From the NCBI RefSeq assembly GCF_965277065.1, contig NZ_CBDIBT010000012.1, positions 132 to 64,131 of the forward strand: DNA of 64,000 nt. The letters are read 5' to 3'. Positions 19,965 to 30,118 of the stretch are shown here, in pieces (the stretch's first letter is position 1; each line of letters opens with the position of its first letter). The notes under the pieces were generated by a model. It was not told where the DNA came from. It searched no databases and saw nothing but the letters and a program-made list of their open reading frames with translations. The translations under genes were made by a program, and so were the position numbers. The DNA is from Mycobacterium sp. (lineage in GTDB: Bacteria; Actinomycetota; Actinomycetes; Mycobacteriales; Mycobacteriaceae).

Positions 19965-21296
19965 ATGACCGATTTCATTGCCGGGCGCCCGCTGTGGCGA
20001 CTGATTTTCGACGCCGACGGCAACCCCGATCCGGCGACGGTGAGCGCCCTGACCGACGGCGTCAAGAACTCCGCGCTCACCGACGTAGTGATGTTCTCCC
20101 ACGGCTGGAATAATAACGAGGCGACCGCGTCCGCGCTGTACCAACGCTGGTTCGCCCTGTTGGCGGACCAAGTGGATTCCGGCCGCAAAATCGGTTTTGT
20201 CGGCATCCGTTGGCCCTCGGAGCTATGGCGCGATGAACCCATTCCGAACTTCGCGCCGGCACCGGCTTTGGTCGGCGCCGCCGCTCTCGGTGAGACAGCC
20301 TCCGTCGCTGTCGGTCCGCCGACCATCGATCGTGCGCAGCTCGCCGATCTCAAAGACATGTTTCCCAGCGGGGCGGCACAGCTGGACACCATCGCGGGCC
20401 TGTTCACTCAAGAACCGACCGAGGCTCGACTGTCCCAACTGTTCACCGCGATGCAGCACTTCAGCTCGGCCACCGCGTCGGGATTCAACGACGGCGAAGC
20501 CGATCCGTCTACCGTGCCCGGGATGCTTGGACCTGACCAGGTTCCCGCCGAGGTGTTCACCCGGTTCGCGGACCGGCTGGCCGAAGCCGGGGTGGACTTC
20601 GGCGGCGGCGGAGGGGCCGCCGGACTCGGCGAGCTGGGCGATAAGATCCTCAACGGCGCCAAGGAGGCGCTGCGCCAGCTCACCTATTGGCAAATGAAGA
20701 ACCGCGCCGGCACGATCGGCCAGCACGGCCTGGGGCCGGTGATCGGCCGGCTCGCCGATGCGGTGCCCGGACTGCGAGTGCATCTCATCGGGCACAGCTT
20801 CGGCGCCCGGGTGGTGTCCTTCGCGTTGGCCGGGCTGCCCGACGCACAACCGTCGCCGATCAAGTCGGTCACGCTGTTGGAGGGCGCCTATTCGCGGTTC
20901 GCCTTCACCGACCCCCTGCCCTTCCGGACAGGGGCCGGTGCACTGGCCAGGCGGCTCGCCCGTATCGATGGACCCATGGCAGTTTGCTATTCCAGTCACG
21001 ATAAGGCTCTGGGGGTCTTCTACCCCCTGGCATCCGCGGCCGCCGACGATGACGCGGCCGGTGCTGATGACCCGCTGGCACGGTGGCGTGCGATGGGCTC
21101 CAACGGCGCCTACAACGCCGCCACCCAAGAACTGGGGGCCGTCGGCACCACGTATCCATTCCAGACGGGACAGATTCTCAATCTTGATTCGTCAGCGGTG
21201 GTTGCGCAGGGTGATTCGCCGTCCGGCGCACACAGTGACATCTTCTATCCTCAGCTCGCGTGGGTCGCCGCCGCCGCTGGCGGACTGCGAAAGTAA
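19965..21296 (+). CDS. alpha/beta-hydrolase-fold protein (DUF900-like)
   Basis: ATG at 19965, 23 nt after the S8 stop. VVMFSHGWNNNEATA..FVGIRWPSE and nucleophile-elbow VHLIGHSFGARV. The upstream part of the 688-aa ORF 19230..21296 merely overlaps the S8 gene out of frame. Confidence 0.7.
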   Translation: MTDFIAGRPLWRLIFDADGNPDPATVSALTDGVKNSALTDVVMFSHGWNNNEATASALYQRWFALLADQVDSGRKIGFVGIRWPSELWRDEPIPNFAPAPALVGAAALGETASVAVGPPTIDRAQLADLKDMFPSGAAQLDTIAGLFTQEPTEARLSQLFTAMQHFSSATASGFNDGEADPSTVPGMLGPDQVPAEVFTRFADRLAEAGVDFGGGGGAAGLGELGDKILNGAKEALRQLTYWQMKNRAGTIGQHGLGPVIGRLADAVPGLRVHLIGHSFGARVVSFALAGLPDAQPSPIKSVTLLEGAYSRFAFTDPLPFRTGAGALARRLARIDGPMAVCYSSHDKALGVFYPLASAAADDDAAGADDPLARWRAMGSNGAYNAATQELGAVGTTYPFQTGQILNLDSSAVVAQGDSPSGAHSDIFYPQLAWVAAAAGGLRK

Positions 21297-21546
21297 TTGC
21301 CGCTGTTCACTGTTCCGATGCAGCTCCGCGCAGTCGACCAGCAGGCAAGGGTGGGCCGGGGTGCTCGACGGAGCCGCCTCGGGGCTTGCAGATGCTACTT
21401 GTCACGGTCACAGCACGCCCTCGCGGCTAGCTGCTGTCGTCAACGACCTTCACGGCGCGGACGCTTCGCTGCCACATACGCGGGTTAGGTTTGACGCGCA
21501 ATGGCACGATGCGCATTTAGCCGAGGACTGACCGCGGGGAGGACAT

Positions 21547-23691
21547 GTGCCCGAACCACTCGCACAAAAGACGACGAAAGTCCTCGGCGACGGCGCCCAT
21601 TTTCCCCTGGGCGCGACCGTGTCGGCCCAAGGCGTTAACTTCGCCGTCCAGTCGAAAACCGCCGCAGCGGCCTACGTACTGCTGTTCGACACTCCCGACG
21701 GGGCCGCGACCGACATCATCGAGATGACGCACCGCGACAGGGATGTGTGGCACGTCTTTGTCCACGGCCTGCGCCCTGGGCAGCTCTACAACTACAAGAT
21801 GGGCGGCGACTACGCGCCGGGGTTGGGTTTGCGGTTCAACGCGGCCAAGTTGCTACTTGATCCGTACGCCAAGGCCGTGGCCGGAAAGTTCCGCAACGCC
21901 GATAACCTTTTGCTTGGCTACGATCCCAACGCCGGGGGACAGGATTTGGTCGCCGATGCCCGCGACGACACGGCGGTTGTCCCCAAGGCCGTCGTGATCG
22001 ACGACGCCTTCGACTGGCAGGAGACGACGTCGCCGACCCTGGATCTGGCAGAACTGATCATCTATGAGACCCATCTGAAGGGCTTTACCGCGCACCCCTC
22101 GTCGGGGGTCGAGCCCCCGGGCACCTACCTGGGATTCATCGAGAAGATTCCCCACCTGACCCGGCTGGGCGTCAACGCCGTCGAACTCCTTCCGGTTCAT
22201 GAGCACTACGTTGATGACTTTCTGTGCGACGAAGGGTTAACCAACTACTGGGGATACAACTCGATCGGGTTTTTCGCCCCCGAATCCTCGTATGCGACGG
22301 GCCGTTCCCCGGGCTGCCAGGTCACCGAATTCAAGACCCTGGTCCGCGAGCTGCACCGCGCCGGCATCAAGGTGATTCTCGACGTGGTCTACAACCACAC
22401 CGGCGAAGGCAACGAGATGGGGCCGACCCTGTCGTTTCGCGGCCTGGACAACCCCTCCTATTACAGCCTCACCGGGCCGGCCGACGCATCCTGGCGCTAC
22501 TACATGAACTACTCGGGTTGCGGCAACAGCCTGCGCTTCGACAGCCCGGCAGTAATCAGGCTGGCCATGGATTCGCTGCGCTACTGGGTCGAGGTGATGA
22601 GAGTGGACGGCTTCCGCTTCGATCTGGCCTCCGTGCTCGGCCGTGACGACAGCGGCGGATTCACGTCGTCGGCACCGTTTTTCGATGCGGCTGCCCAGGA
22701 TCCGGTGCTCAACCGGCACCGCACCATCCTGATCGCCGAACCCTGGGACACCGGAACCTTTCAGGTCGGCAACTTTCCCGTCGACTGGTCGGAATGGAAC
22801 GGCAAATTCCGCGACACCGTCCGCAAGTTCGGCAAAGGGGATGCCGGGCTGGTGCCTGATCTGGCGGCGCGGCTGACCGGATCGGCCGATCTGTACGGTG
22901 ACGACGGGCGGTCGGCCTCCAACAGCATCAACTTCGTCACCTGCCATGACGGATTCACCCTCTACGACCTCGTCGGCTACAACGAAAAACACAATCAGCT
23001 CAACGGGGAAGGCAACCAGGACGGCTCCACCAACAACAATTCGTGGAACTGCGGCGCCGAAGGCGACACCGATGATCCAACGGTACTCGCCCTGCGTCGG
23101 CAGCAGATGAAAAACTTCGCCTGCTACCTCTTACTCGCCGCGGGCACGCCGATGATTCTGGGAGGCGACGAGTTCGCCCGCACCCAGCGCGGCAACAACA
23201 ACGCCTACTGTCAGGACAACGAGGTCAGCTGGCACGACTGGGATCAGGCGCAGCGCAATCACGATCTCGTCGACTTCTTCGGCAAGCTGATCGCGTTCAC
23301 CCGACGTTTCCCAATTCTGCAGCAGCGCAAGTTCTTCCAAGGCAAAGACCTCGACCACGACGGTATCGCGGATCTGACCTGGTTTAGTCCCGATTTGGGA
23401 CCTCCGGACTGGAACAACGCCGAGCTGCGCACGCTGTGCTATCAGCTCGACGCGGCCGGAGACCGCGCGGATATCGCCGCGACCCGTCTCTATATCATCC
23501 TGAACGCCCACTACGAATCGCAGGACTTCAGTCTTCCGCCGCTACCGCAGGGCACTGCCTGGTATCGGGCCATCGACACCGGCCTGCCGGCCGGCGAGGA
23601 TTTCGCTGCCGTCGGCACCGAAGTGCCCATCGAGCCCGCAGGCCATTACCTCGCGAATGCCCGCACCACGGTCGTCCTGCTGGCCAAATAG
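21547..23691 (+). CDS. glgX: glycogen debranching enzyme (GH13 isoamylase-type)
   Basis: 714 aa. N-terminal PLGATVSAQGVNFAVQS. GH13 conserved regions VILDVVYNHT, VDGFRFDLAS, IAEPWD and NFVTCHDGFTL. Confidence 0.9.
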   Translation: MPEPLAQKTTKVLGDGAHFPLGATVSAQGVNFAVQSKTAAAAYVLLFDTPDGAATDIIEMTHRDRDVWHVFVHGLRPGQLYNYKMGGDYAPGLGLRFNAAKLLLDPYAKAVAGKFRNADNLLLGYDPNAGGQDLVADARDDTAVVPKAVVIDDAFDWQETTSPTLDLAELIIYETHLKGFTAHPSSGVEPPGTYLGFIEKIPHLTRLGVNAVELLPVHEHYVDDFLCDEGLTNYWGYNSIGFFAPESSYATGRSPGCQVTEFKTLVRELHRAGIKVILDVVYNHTGEGNEMGPTLSFRGLDNPSYYSLTGPADASWRYYMNYSGCGNSLRFDSPAVIRLAMDSLRYWVEVMRVDGFRFDLASVLGRDDSGGFTSSAPFFDAAAQDPVLNRHRTILIAEPWDTGTFQVGNFPVDWSEWNGKFRDTVRKFGKGDAGLVPDLAARLTGSADLYGDDGRSASNSINFVTCHDGFTLYDLVGYNEKHNQLNGEGNQDGSTNNNSWNCGAEGDTDDPTVLALRRQQMKNFACYLLLAAGTPMILGGDEFARTQRGNNNAYCQDNEVSWHDWDQAQRNHDLVDFFGKLIAFTRRFPILQQRKFFQGKDLDHDGIADLTWFSPDLGPPDWNNAELRTLCYQLDAAGDRADIAATRLYIILNAHYESQDFSLPPLPQGTAWYRAIDTGLPAGEDFAAVGTEVPIEPAGHYLANARTTVVLLAK

Positions 23692-23906
23692 CCGCCGTTC
23701 GGCGCTGCCGAACTGTGTCCAATGCCCCCCGAGGCCAGGCACATCGTGTTGTAGGCCTGACGTGTCGGCACCGCGGACGGCTTGCGAATCGAGTAGCGCG
23801 CTACTCACGTATTTTTCGCCAGGCGGGTGCACGATATCGGGGAAGAGCTCATGATTTGTCGGAGGCCCGATCGCGGGCTCACCGCGTCGCGGAAGGGAAC
23901 TAGCTC

Positions 23907-25799
23907 ATGTCGGTTGTGCGCGCGAACAACACCGTTGTCGAGGTCAGTGCTTATGGCGGTGACGCCAAGACGCTGCTGGCGTTTGACCTTGTTGCCGACT
24001 CGGCGCGAACCGGGCTGGCGGGCTTCACGATTCAGGTGCATCCGCCGGGAAGCGATTTTTACTTCGTCGACAACAACCTGCGTCTGGCGGAGTCTTCCGC
24101 GCACGCCCAGGTCGCCGGGGAGACCCCCTTTTCCAGCGTGAACGCACCGATCCACAAGTTCCGTTGGGTCCACGTCCCCGGCCTGGTGCACCAGGGTGGA
24201 ACGCCGGCGTTCGGCACCTACACCTACGCGGTGACGCCACGGTATTTCACCGCCGCCGGCGCGTTGCAGGCGCTGGACCCCTCGACCAGCGTGTCGGTGA
24301 ACATCGACGTCGGCCCCTTCGCCAAGGGTGCGCTGCGCCTCGCCTTCACCCGCGGCTATGTCCAATCCCAGTCGTTCGTCCGGCATTTCGGCCCGACCGC
24401 GCACATTCGTCCGGCCGGGGACGATCTACTCTTTGACACCTCGGCGACCGCCGCGACCAACGCCGCAGGGCAGAGCTCCACCTACGCCCAGGAGTACGAC
24501 TGGTTGGGGTTCACCGCCCGCCAGCGAGTGTTCGAAATCCTGCACGAGGTGGCTGCCGATCCGTCGTTGACTCTGGATGTGTTCGCCTACGACCTCAACG
24601 AGCCCGATGTGTGCGCGCTGCTGCTCGAGTTGGGAAAAGCCAACCGGGTCCGGATCATCCTCGACGATGCGGCGCTGCACCACGACACCGCCAAACCCAC
24701 ACCCGAGGACCAGTTCGAGGCGACGTTCAAGGCGCAACCCGGCGGCGACTCGGCGATCAAGCGCGGTCATTTCGGCCGCTACGCCCATGACAAGGTTTTG
24801 GTCGTCTCCGACCAGAACGGGCCGCGTTCGGTGCTGACCGGTTCCACAAACTTCTCGGTGACCGGACTGTACGTCAACGCTAACCACGTCTTGGTGTTCG
24901 ACGACCGCCAGGTCGCCGCCACCTACGCCAACGTGTTCACCGAAGCCTGGAATACTGACGTCAAGGCCGCGCCGTTCGCCGCGTCCCAATGGGCCGCCGC
25001 GCCATTCACGTTCGGCGGGAACGATCAGGGCGTGCCAAGCACCTCGATCACGTTCTCCCCGCATTCCGCGCCGGTCGCCCAGACGATCCTGACAGGTCTG
25101 GTCGATCGCATCACCAGCGAAGGTGCGACCACGAGCACGCCGGTCGGGACGGTGTTCTTCGCCGTCATGGAGCTCAACGGAACCAGCGCCAACCCGGTCT
25201 ACACCGCCCTGAACGCCGTGCACAGCGACCCGAATACATTTAGCCTCGGCATATCGGACGCACCAGGAGGGGTGTCGTTGTATCCGGTCGGCGCGAAAAC
25301 CGGTGTGCTGGTCACCGGCAAGCCGGGCACCACGGTGCTTCCGCCGCCGTTCGACCAGGTGCCCACCATCGCCGGCCACGAAATCCACCACAAATTCGTC
25401 GTTTGTGGCTTCAACGGCGATGATCCGGTGGTCTACTGCGGATCCTCGAACCTGGCGCTGGGGGGCGAACAGGCCAACGGCGACAACCTGCTGGCCATTC
25501 ACGACGCCGATGTGGCCACCGCGTTCACCATCGAGGCGCTGCTGTTGGTCGATCACTACAACTTCCTGGACAGTGTCGGTAAGAACGCTCAAACGAACGG
25601 GGCGCCGGCGAGCCCGCCCCAGGCGAATCGCCAAGAGGCTGCCGTAGCCGCCGGTTGGTTCTTGGGCACCACCGATCAGTGGACCGACAAGTACTTCGAC
25701 CCCAACGATCTGCATTACATGGATCGGCGACTGTTCGGCGACGGCCCGGCCGTCCCGGCGGCCACGACGCCCGGCGCCGGCCGATCCGGCGACGCCTAG
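23907..25799 (+). CDS. phospholipase-D-superfamily protein with two HKD-type motifs
   Basis: Motif 1 is [22 protein letters not shown]. Motif 2 is IHHKFVVCGF..VYCGSSNLALGG. A ~200-aa beta-rich N-terminal domain of unknown type precedes them. No signal peptide. Confidence 0.8.
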   Translation: MSVVRANNTVVEVSAYGGDAKTLLAFDLVADSARTGLAGFTIQVHPPGSDFYFVDNNLRLAESSAHAQVAGETPFSSVNAPIHKFRWVHVPGLVHQGGTPAFGTYTYAVTPRYFTAAGALQALDPSTSVSVNIDVGPFAKGALRLAFTRGYVQSQSFVRHFGPTAHIRPAGDDLLFDTSATAATNAAGQSSTYAQEYDWLGFTARQRVFEILHEVAADPSLTLDVFAYDLNEPDVCALLLELGKANRVRIILDDAALHHDTAKPTPEDQFEATFKAQPGGDSAIKRGHFGRYAHDKVLVVSDQNGPRSVLTGSTNFSVTGLYVNANHVLVFDDRQVAATYANVFTEAWNTDVKAAPFAASQWAAAPFTFGGNDQGVPSTSITFSPHSAPVAQTILTGLVDRITSEGATTSTPVGTVFFAVMELNGTSANPVYTALNAVHSDPNTFSLGISDAPGGVSLYPVGAKTGVLVTGKPGTTVLPPPFDQVPTIAGHEIHHKFVVCGFNGDDPVVYCGSSNLALGGEQANGDNLLAIHDADVATAFTIEALLLVDHYNFLDSVGKNAQTNGAPASPPQANRQEAAVAAGWFLGTTDQWTDKYFDPNDLHYMDRRLFGDGPAVPAATTPGAGRSGDA

Positions 25800-25848
25800 C
25801 AGCGACCAACGAGTGAGAACCTACGAACAAACAGAAAGAGGGTCAAAC

Positions 25849-26226
25849 ATGCATTCGGTGACCTGGCTAGACAAGCCGGAAGACCACGACTTCCCTGCCG
25901 CCGCAGACTATCTGGACCTACTGGCCGAGCCGCACACAGTGACGGTATTAGTTGACAGGCTGCGCGGCGGAACACTCGTGCACAAGAAGGCCAAAGATCT
26001 GCTGCGGGCCGCGCAGCTTGCGCTGCTGCCCATCGACAACCCGCACGTCGCGGCCGATCTGGCCAAAGTCAAGCAGCGTAAACCACTTTCACCGATCCTG
26101 GCGGTGCGCGGCGACCTAGAGAGCGGGTGTGCGCTGCAAATCGCCGACGGCTACCACCGGGTCTGCGCCAGCTACCACACCGACGAAAACACCGACATCC
26201 CGGTCATCCTCGCTTCCCGGAGCTGA
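25849..26226 (+). CDS. small ParB/sulfiredoxin-fold-like protein
   Basis: RBS AGAAAGAGGG, then ATG at 25849. 125 aa with ..LSPILAVRG..LQIADGYHRVCA.., resembling the DGxHR core of ParB/Srx-like domains. It lies 49 nt downstream of the PLD gene. Confidence 0.45.
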   Translation: MHSVTWLDKPEDHDFPAAADYLDLLAEPHTVTVLVDRLRGGTLVHKKAKDLLRAAQLALLPIDNPHVAADLAKVKQRKPLSPILAVRGDLESGCALQIADGYHRVCASYHTDENTDIPVILASRS

Positions 26227-26487
26227 CCGCGAAGTCGGATCGGATGCGAACGCCCATTCCGGCTCGAGTGATGACCGCCGTCCGGTACGGGTAAGCGCCC
26301 TTGGCCCACTGATCGGCTGACGGTCACGAAGATGCACGGTTGACAATCAGCGGACGGCCGAGCCGGGGCGTCGACCGCGAGGATGTTCCTCGACTCGGGC
26401 TGCAGCAGATTTGAGTAGCGGACTACTGGCACAGGGCGCGGGGAAGCCGACGACCCTGGTGAACGGCAGCACTCGATAGGTAGGGCA

Positions 26488-27399
26488 GTGACGATGACGA
26501 ACATCCAGAACTTGAACTCGGTCGTGTTGGCCTGGCACGGCGTCGACGGCGACACCCGGATCTTCCGCGCCGAGATGACTACCTTCGACGGCGCTGCGCC
26601 TGCGGGCTGGTCAAGCGTTCGGGTGTACGGCGAGAGCTTCGCCGCGCCCGCGCTGGCCAGCCCCAACTTTGCGGCACTCATGGGGCCGCGGTCACCGTCG
26701 GCGGTACAACTCGCAAGACTTGATCCCGCCGGCCTCGGCCCTGGACCAGCGGTGCCGTCATCGTTTCAAACGACAACACGGCCCGCGGTGACCAGCAGCG
26801 ACGCTGGTCAGCTCACCTTGGCGTGGCGCCAACCTGATGGAGCGCTCGCCTCGTCGCAACATACAGGGGCAGGCTGGAGCCCGATCGTGACGGTGGGCCG
26901 CACCAGTCACAGCCCGGCGGTGGCGGCCGGTGGCGGCCGCGTCGTGCTGGCGTGGAAAACGGATAACGGCGTCCAAATCGAGGGCGCGACCACGACCGGG
27001 CAGACGCAACCCATGAATCCACGGCAAGGTGGCATGCTCACCGGGGACGCGCCGTCCTTGTGCTGGCGCGGAGGCACCTACTTGATGGCCTGGAAGGGTG
27101 TACCCGGTGATGAACGAATCTTTTGGTCGAGGTCCAACGATGGCCTGAACTGGGAGACCCCCCGCGAGGCCATACCCCAAGACGGCGGCATCAGGACCAT
27201 CGCCGGGCCGGCTATCACCGTGTGGCGATTCGGCTACATTCTGGTGTGGCGGGGCGTCACCGGTGACCAGAGGCTCTGGTGGTCCGCGCTCGCCCTCAAC
27301 GATGTCGGCGGCCGATGGAACACGCCGACGCCCGTCGGGCCCTCGAGCAACTCGAACTCCTCGCCTGCGCTGTTGAGTCTCTCGGTGGCAACATTGTGA
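26488..27399 (+). CDS. five-repeat Trp-rich beta-propeller-like protein
   Basis: Five ~45-55-aa repeats are built around [LV](A/V)W(K/R/H)G..GD.R(I/L)(F/W).. followed by ..W(S/E/N).. and (S/G/A)PA(L/V/I). No signal peptide is evident. Confidence 0.55.
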   Translation: MTMTNIQNLNSVVLAWHGVDGDTRIFRAEMTTFDGAAPAGWSSVRVYGESFAAPALASPNFAALMGPRSPSAVQLARLDPAGLGPGPAVPSSFQTTTRPAVTSSDAGQLTLAWRQPDGALASSQHTGAGWSPIVTVGRTSHSPAVAAGGGRVVLAWKTDNGVQIEGATTTGQTQPMNPRQGGMLTGDAPSLCWRGGTYLMAWKGVPGDERIFWSRSNDGLNWETPREAIPQDGGIRTIAGPAITVWRFGYILVWRGVTGDQRLWWSALALNDVGGRWNTPTPVGPSSNSNSSPALLSLSVATL

Positions 27400-27846
27400 C
27401 GCCTGACGCTGCTATCAGACTGGCGGGTCTTGGAAAGTTCGGCGTCCGATTCGGGCTTTCCTCACTGAACGGCCCGGGTGAGTCCGAACTCTCCGGAGCC
27501 GGACCCGTAGAAGGGCTTCGCAGCGAGAGTCGTCGGTGGTAAGTACAGGTAGCAGCGTAGACGGCCGGGTTTCGGCGTTCAGACTGCTGGGCGGCTACGC
27601 CGAGCAGGTTGCTGTCCCGGTGGCCGACGTGATCCGCAGTCCCCGCGGACGCTGAACCGGTGTCGCTACTGGTCACCCTCAACCTGATGTCTTCGCGTTG
27701 CTCGGCGTACCAATCCGTGCGGCAAACTTATCTCCCGGCTATTTGCCTGAGCGATTCGCCGTGCTAAGTGACCAGCATCTGGTTTGCTTGCGGTCACGCC
27801 ACTGCTATCTCGGTAGGCGACGCCTGCCACGACGAAGGCGGAGCAG

Positions 27847-29947
27847 ATGTCCCCAACCCCGCGGGTGATCTCAACATTCAAACATGCTGCAACGATCCAC
27901 GCGCTTGCGTACAGCCCCGACGGGCAACGGTTGGCCACCGCCAGCGACGACCGCTCCGTGCAGATCCGCGCGGTAGCCGACGGGTCGCTAGTGAGCACCC
28001 TGACCGCTGATGTTCCGCTCCAAGGCGTCTCTTTCTCACCGAACGGCACGCTCGCCGCGGCGACAGCTTCTCGGGCTGGCCCTCCGAAGGTGATCGTGTT
28101 CGATCCGGCCACAGGCAACCCGCTGTGGAATCTGGTACCGGTGACGAGCTGTGTTTTCAGCCCGGACAGCACCCGCGTTGTGCTCTCCGACGAGTCGATG
28201 GTGCGGGCCTGTGATGCGCGTAAGGGCGCCCAGCAGTGGCTTTTTCACGCGTCGGCCGGCCAGTTGCTCCAAGGCGCTGCGTGGAGTTTCGACGGACAGA
28301 CGGTCGCAGTCGGTATCAGCCGTACCAGCAACGTAATCGGTGGCGAGGCCGGCGGGCAGGTCGTACTGCTGGACGCGTCCTCGGGCTCTGTGGTTCGCAG
28401 TGTGGAACGGCAGACCAGTGTCCGTGCGGTCTCGTTTGCCGGTGATCACAATCTGCTCGCGTTCGGCGCCGACGACGTAGTTGGTATCGTGGGTCTGGCC
28501 ACCGACGCGGTGCGGGTACTCCCCAATCCGGCAGTGCCGCAGCATGGGAACCTTCGAGACGTCTTGTCGATTCGGTTCAGTCCGGACAACACGTTGATTG
28601 GCGTGGTCAGTGCCAGCCACCCGTTCGGAATGAACTTGGGGATCGAAGTGCTCAATGCCGAGTCTCTCGAATTGCTCCAAGGGATTTCTAGTTTCTCGTC
28701 GGTATTCGATTTCAGCCCCGATTCCCGCTGGGCCCTCAGCGTCGAACCCACGGGTTTCGATCCGAACCCTCTCAACCGCGGGCGCGCCCTCGATGTGCGG
28801 GTTTGGGATGTGGCTACCGGGGTTGAGCAGTTCACACTGTTGCAGGACACCGCCGATGGCATCGGGGCTGCGGTGTTTGGGCCCACCGGTGCGACGGCGG
28901 CGGTGGCCGCCGGTAATACCGCCACGGTGTTGCAGTTGCCGGTGCGGGAGCGTTTCAGGTTGCTCCACGATGGGCCGGTTCGTGCGGTGGCGTTTAGCCC
29001 CGATGGGTCCCAGGTGTTGACCGGTAGCCGCGATAGCACCGCGCGGGTGTTCGATGCGGCCGCGGGTAGCCAGCTGGTCACGTTCGCTCATGACGGCCCG
29101 GTCAACTCGGCGGTGTGGATTCCTGGTCAGCCGTCGGTGGCGACGGCCAGTGCTGATCACTTTGCGCGGATCTTCGATGTGGGCACCCCGGCGGTTGCGC
29201 GGGTGCGGGTGCCGCACGACGGGGCGGTCAACGTGGTGTGCGTCAGCGCCGATGGACGATGGTTGGCTAGTGGCGGGGATGACGGCATTGTCCATTTGAC
29301 CGAGGTGGCCAGCGGCAACCTGCTGCACAGTTTCTCTCATGCGCAGCAGGTGCATGCGGTGGCCTTCGGGACGCTGCCGGATGGGCGGGTGCTGTTGGCC
29401 ACCGGCGATGAGGGATTCGCACACCTGTTCGACACTGCCAGCGGGGCGACGTTGCAGGACCTTGTCAATGCTCAGGGGAAGGCGGTGGGCGCGGTGGCGT
29501 CCTAGCGCTGATGGCACATGGTTGGCCACCGGCTGTGCTGACGGGTCGGTGCGGGTGTTCAGCACCGATAGCGGCGCGCTGGTGTCGCATCAGGAAAGTA
29601 CAACGACGCCGGTGCGTGCGGTGGTGTTCAGCCCTGACGGTGCGCAGCTGGCGATCGGCTGGGGCGACGGCACGGCGCGAATTGTGGCCAGCGGTACGGG
29701 GACTGAGACGCAGCGGTTGAAAGGTCACACCGGGGCGGTGGAGGCGTTAGCGTACCGGGCGGGCACGCTGCTGGTGACTGGAAGTGCCGATCACACTGCG
29801 CAGGCGTTTGACGCCAGCACCGGTGCGCCGTTGGCCAGCTACAGTCACGACGGCGCGGTAAATGCCGTCAGTGTCGATCACCTAGGGTTGATGCTGGCCA
29901 CCGCAAGCGAGGACAAAACGGCCCGCCTCTATGCACTACCCAAGTGA
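27847..29947 (+). pseudogene. WD40-repeat protein, paralog 1, with a 1-nt insertion frameshift
   Basis: Repeats of ..SPDG..LAT(A/G)S.D.TAR(I/V)FD.. The frame breaks at 29500..29503 (GCGTCCTAGCGCTGATGGC, against GCGTTTAGTGCTGATGGC in paralog 2). The C-terminal third continues in ORF 29339..29947 from codon AGC at 29504 (SADGTWLATGCADG..). Confidence 0.75.
28791..29342 (+). repeat. near-identical ~550-nt block shared by the two WD40 genes (copy 1)
   Basis: It aligns without gaps to 31042..31593 (constant offset 2251). By eye there are only about ten mismatches, whereas flanking paralogous sequence is clearly more diverged. Confidence 0.85.
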
Positions 29948-30118
29948 CCGGTGGCGCGCCCGGTGGCGTTAGCCCTGACGGGTGCGCTGCCGGCCACAGG
30001 TGCCGGTCACGAACACCACCCGAAACCTTGAAGCGTCGTCACATTGAATGCCGACAGAAACACCCACCGAGCGCCAGCCGAGCTGGCCATAATCCGCACC
30101 GAAGAGTGAGCCAGACAG

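Noticed and set aside
24426-25715. 429-aa antisense ORF opposite the PLD gene. Similar long antisense ORFs: 28036..29565 and 30983..31954 (opposite the WD40 genes), 51011..52441 (opposite the giant baseplate gene), 20223..21128, 22237..22992, 42668..43591, 47931..48665
   Set aside because: These are shadow ORFs typical of high-GC DNA. They are Arg/Gly/Pro-rich with no motifs, and each lies fully within a sense ORF that has clear domain signatures.
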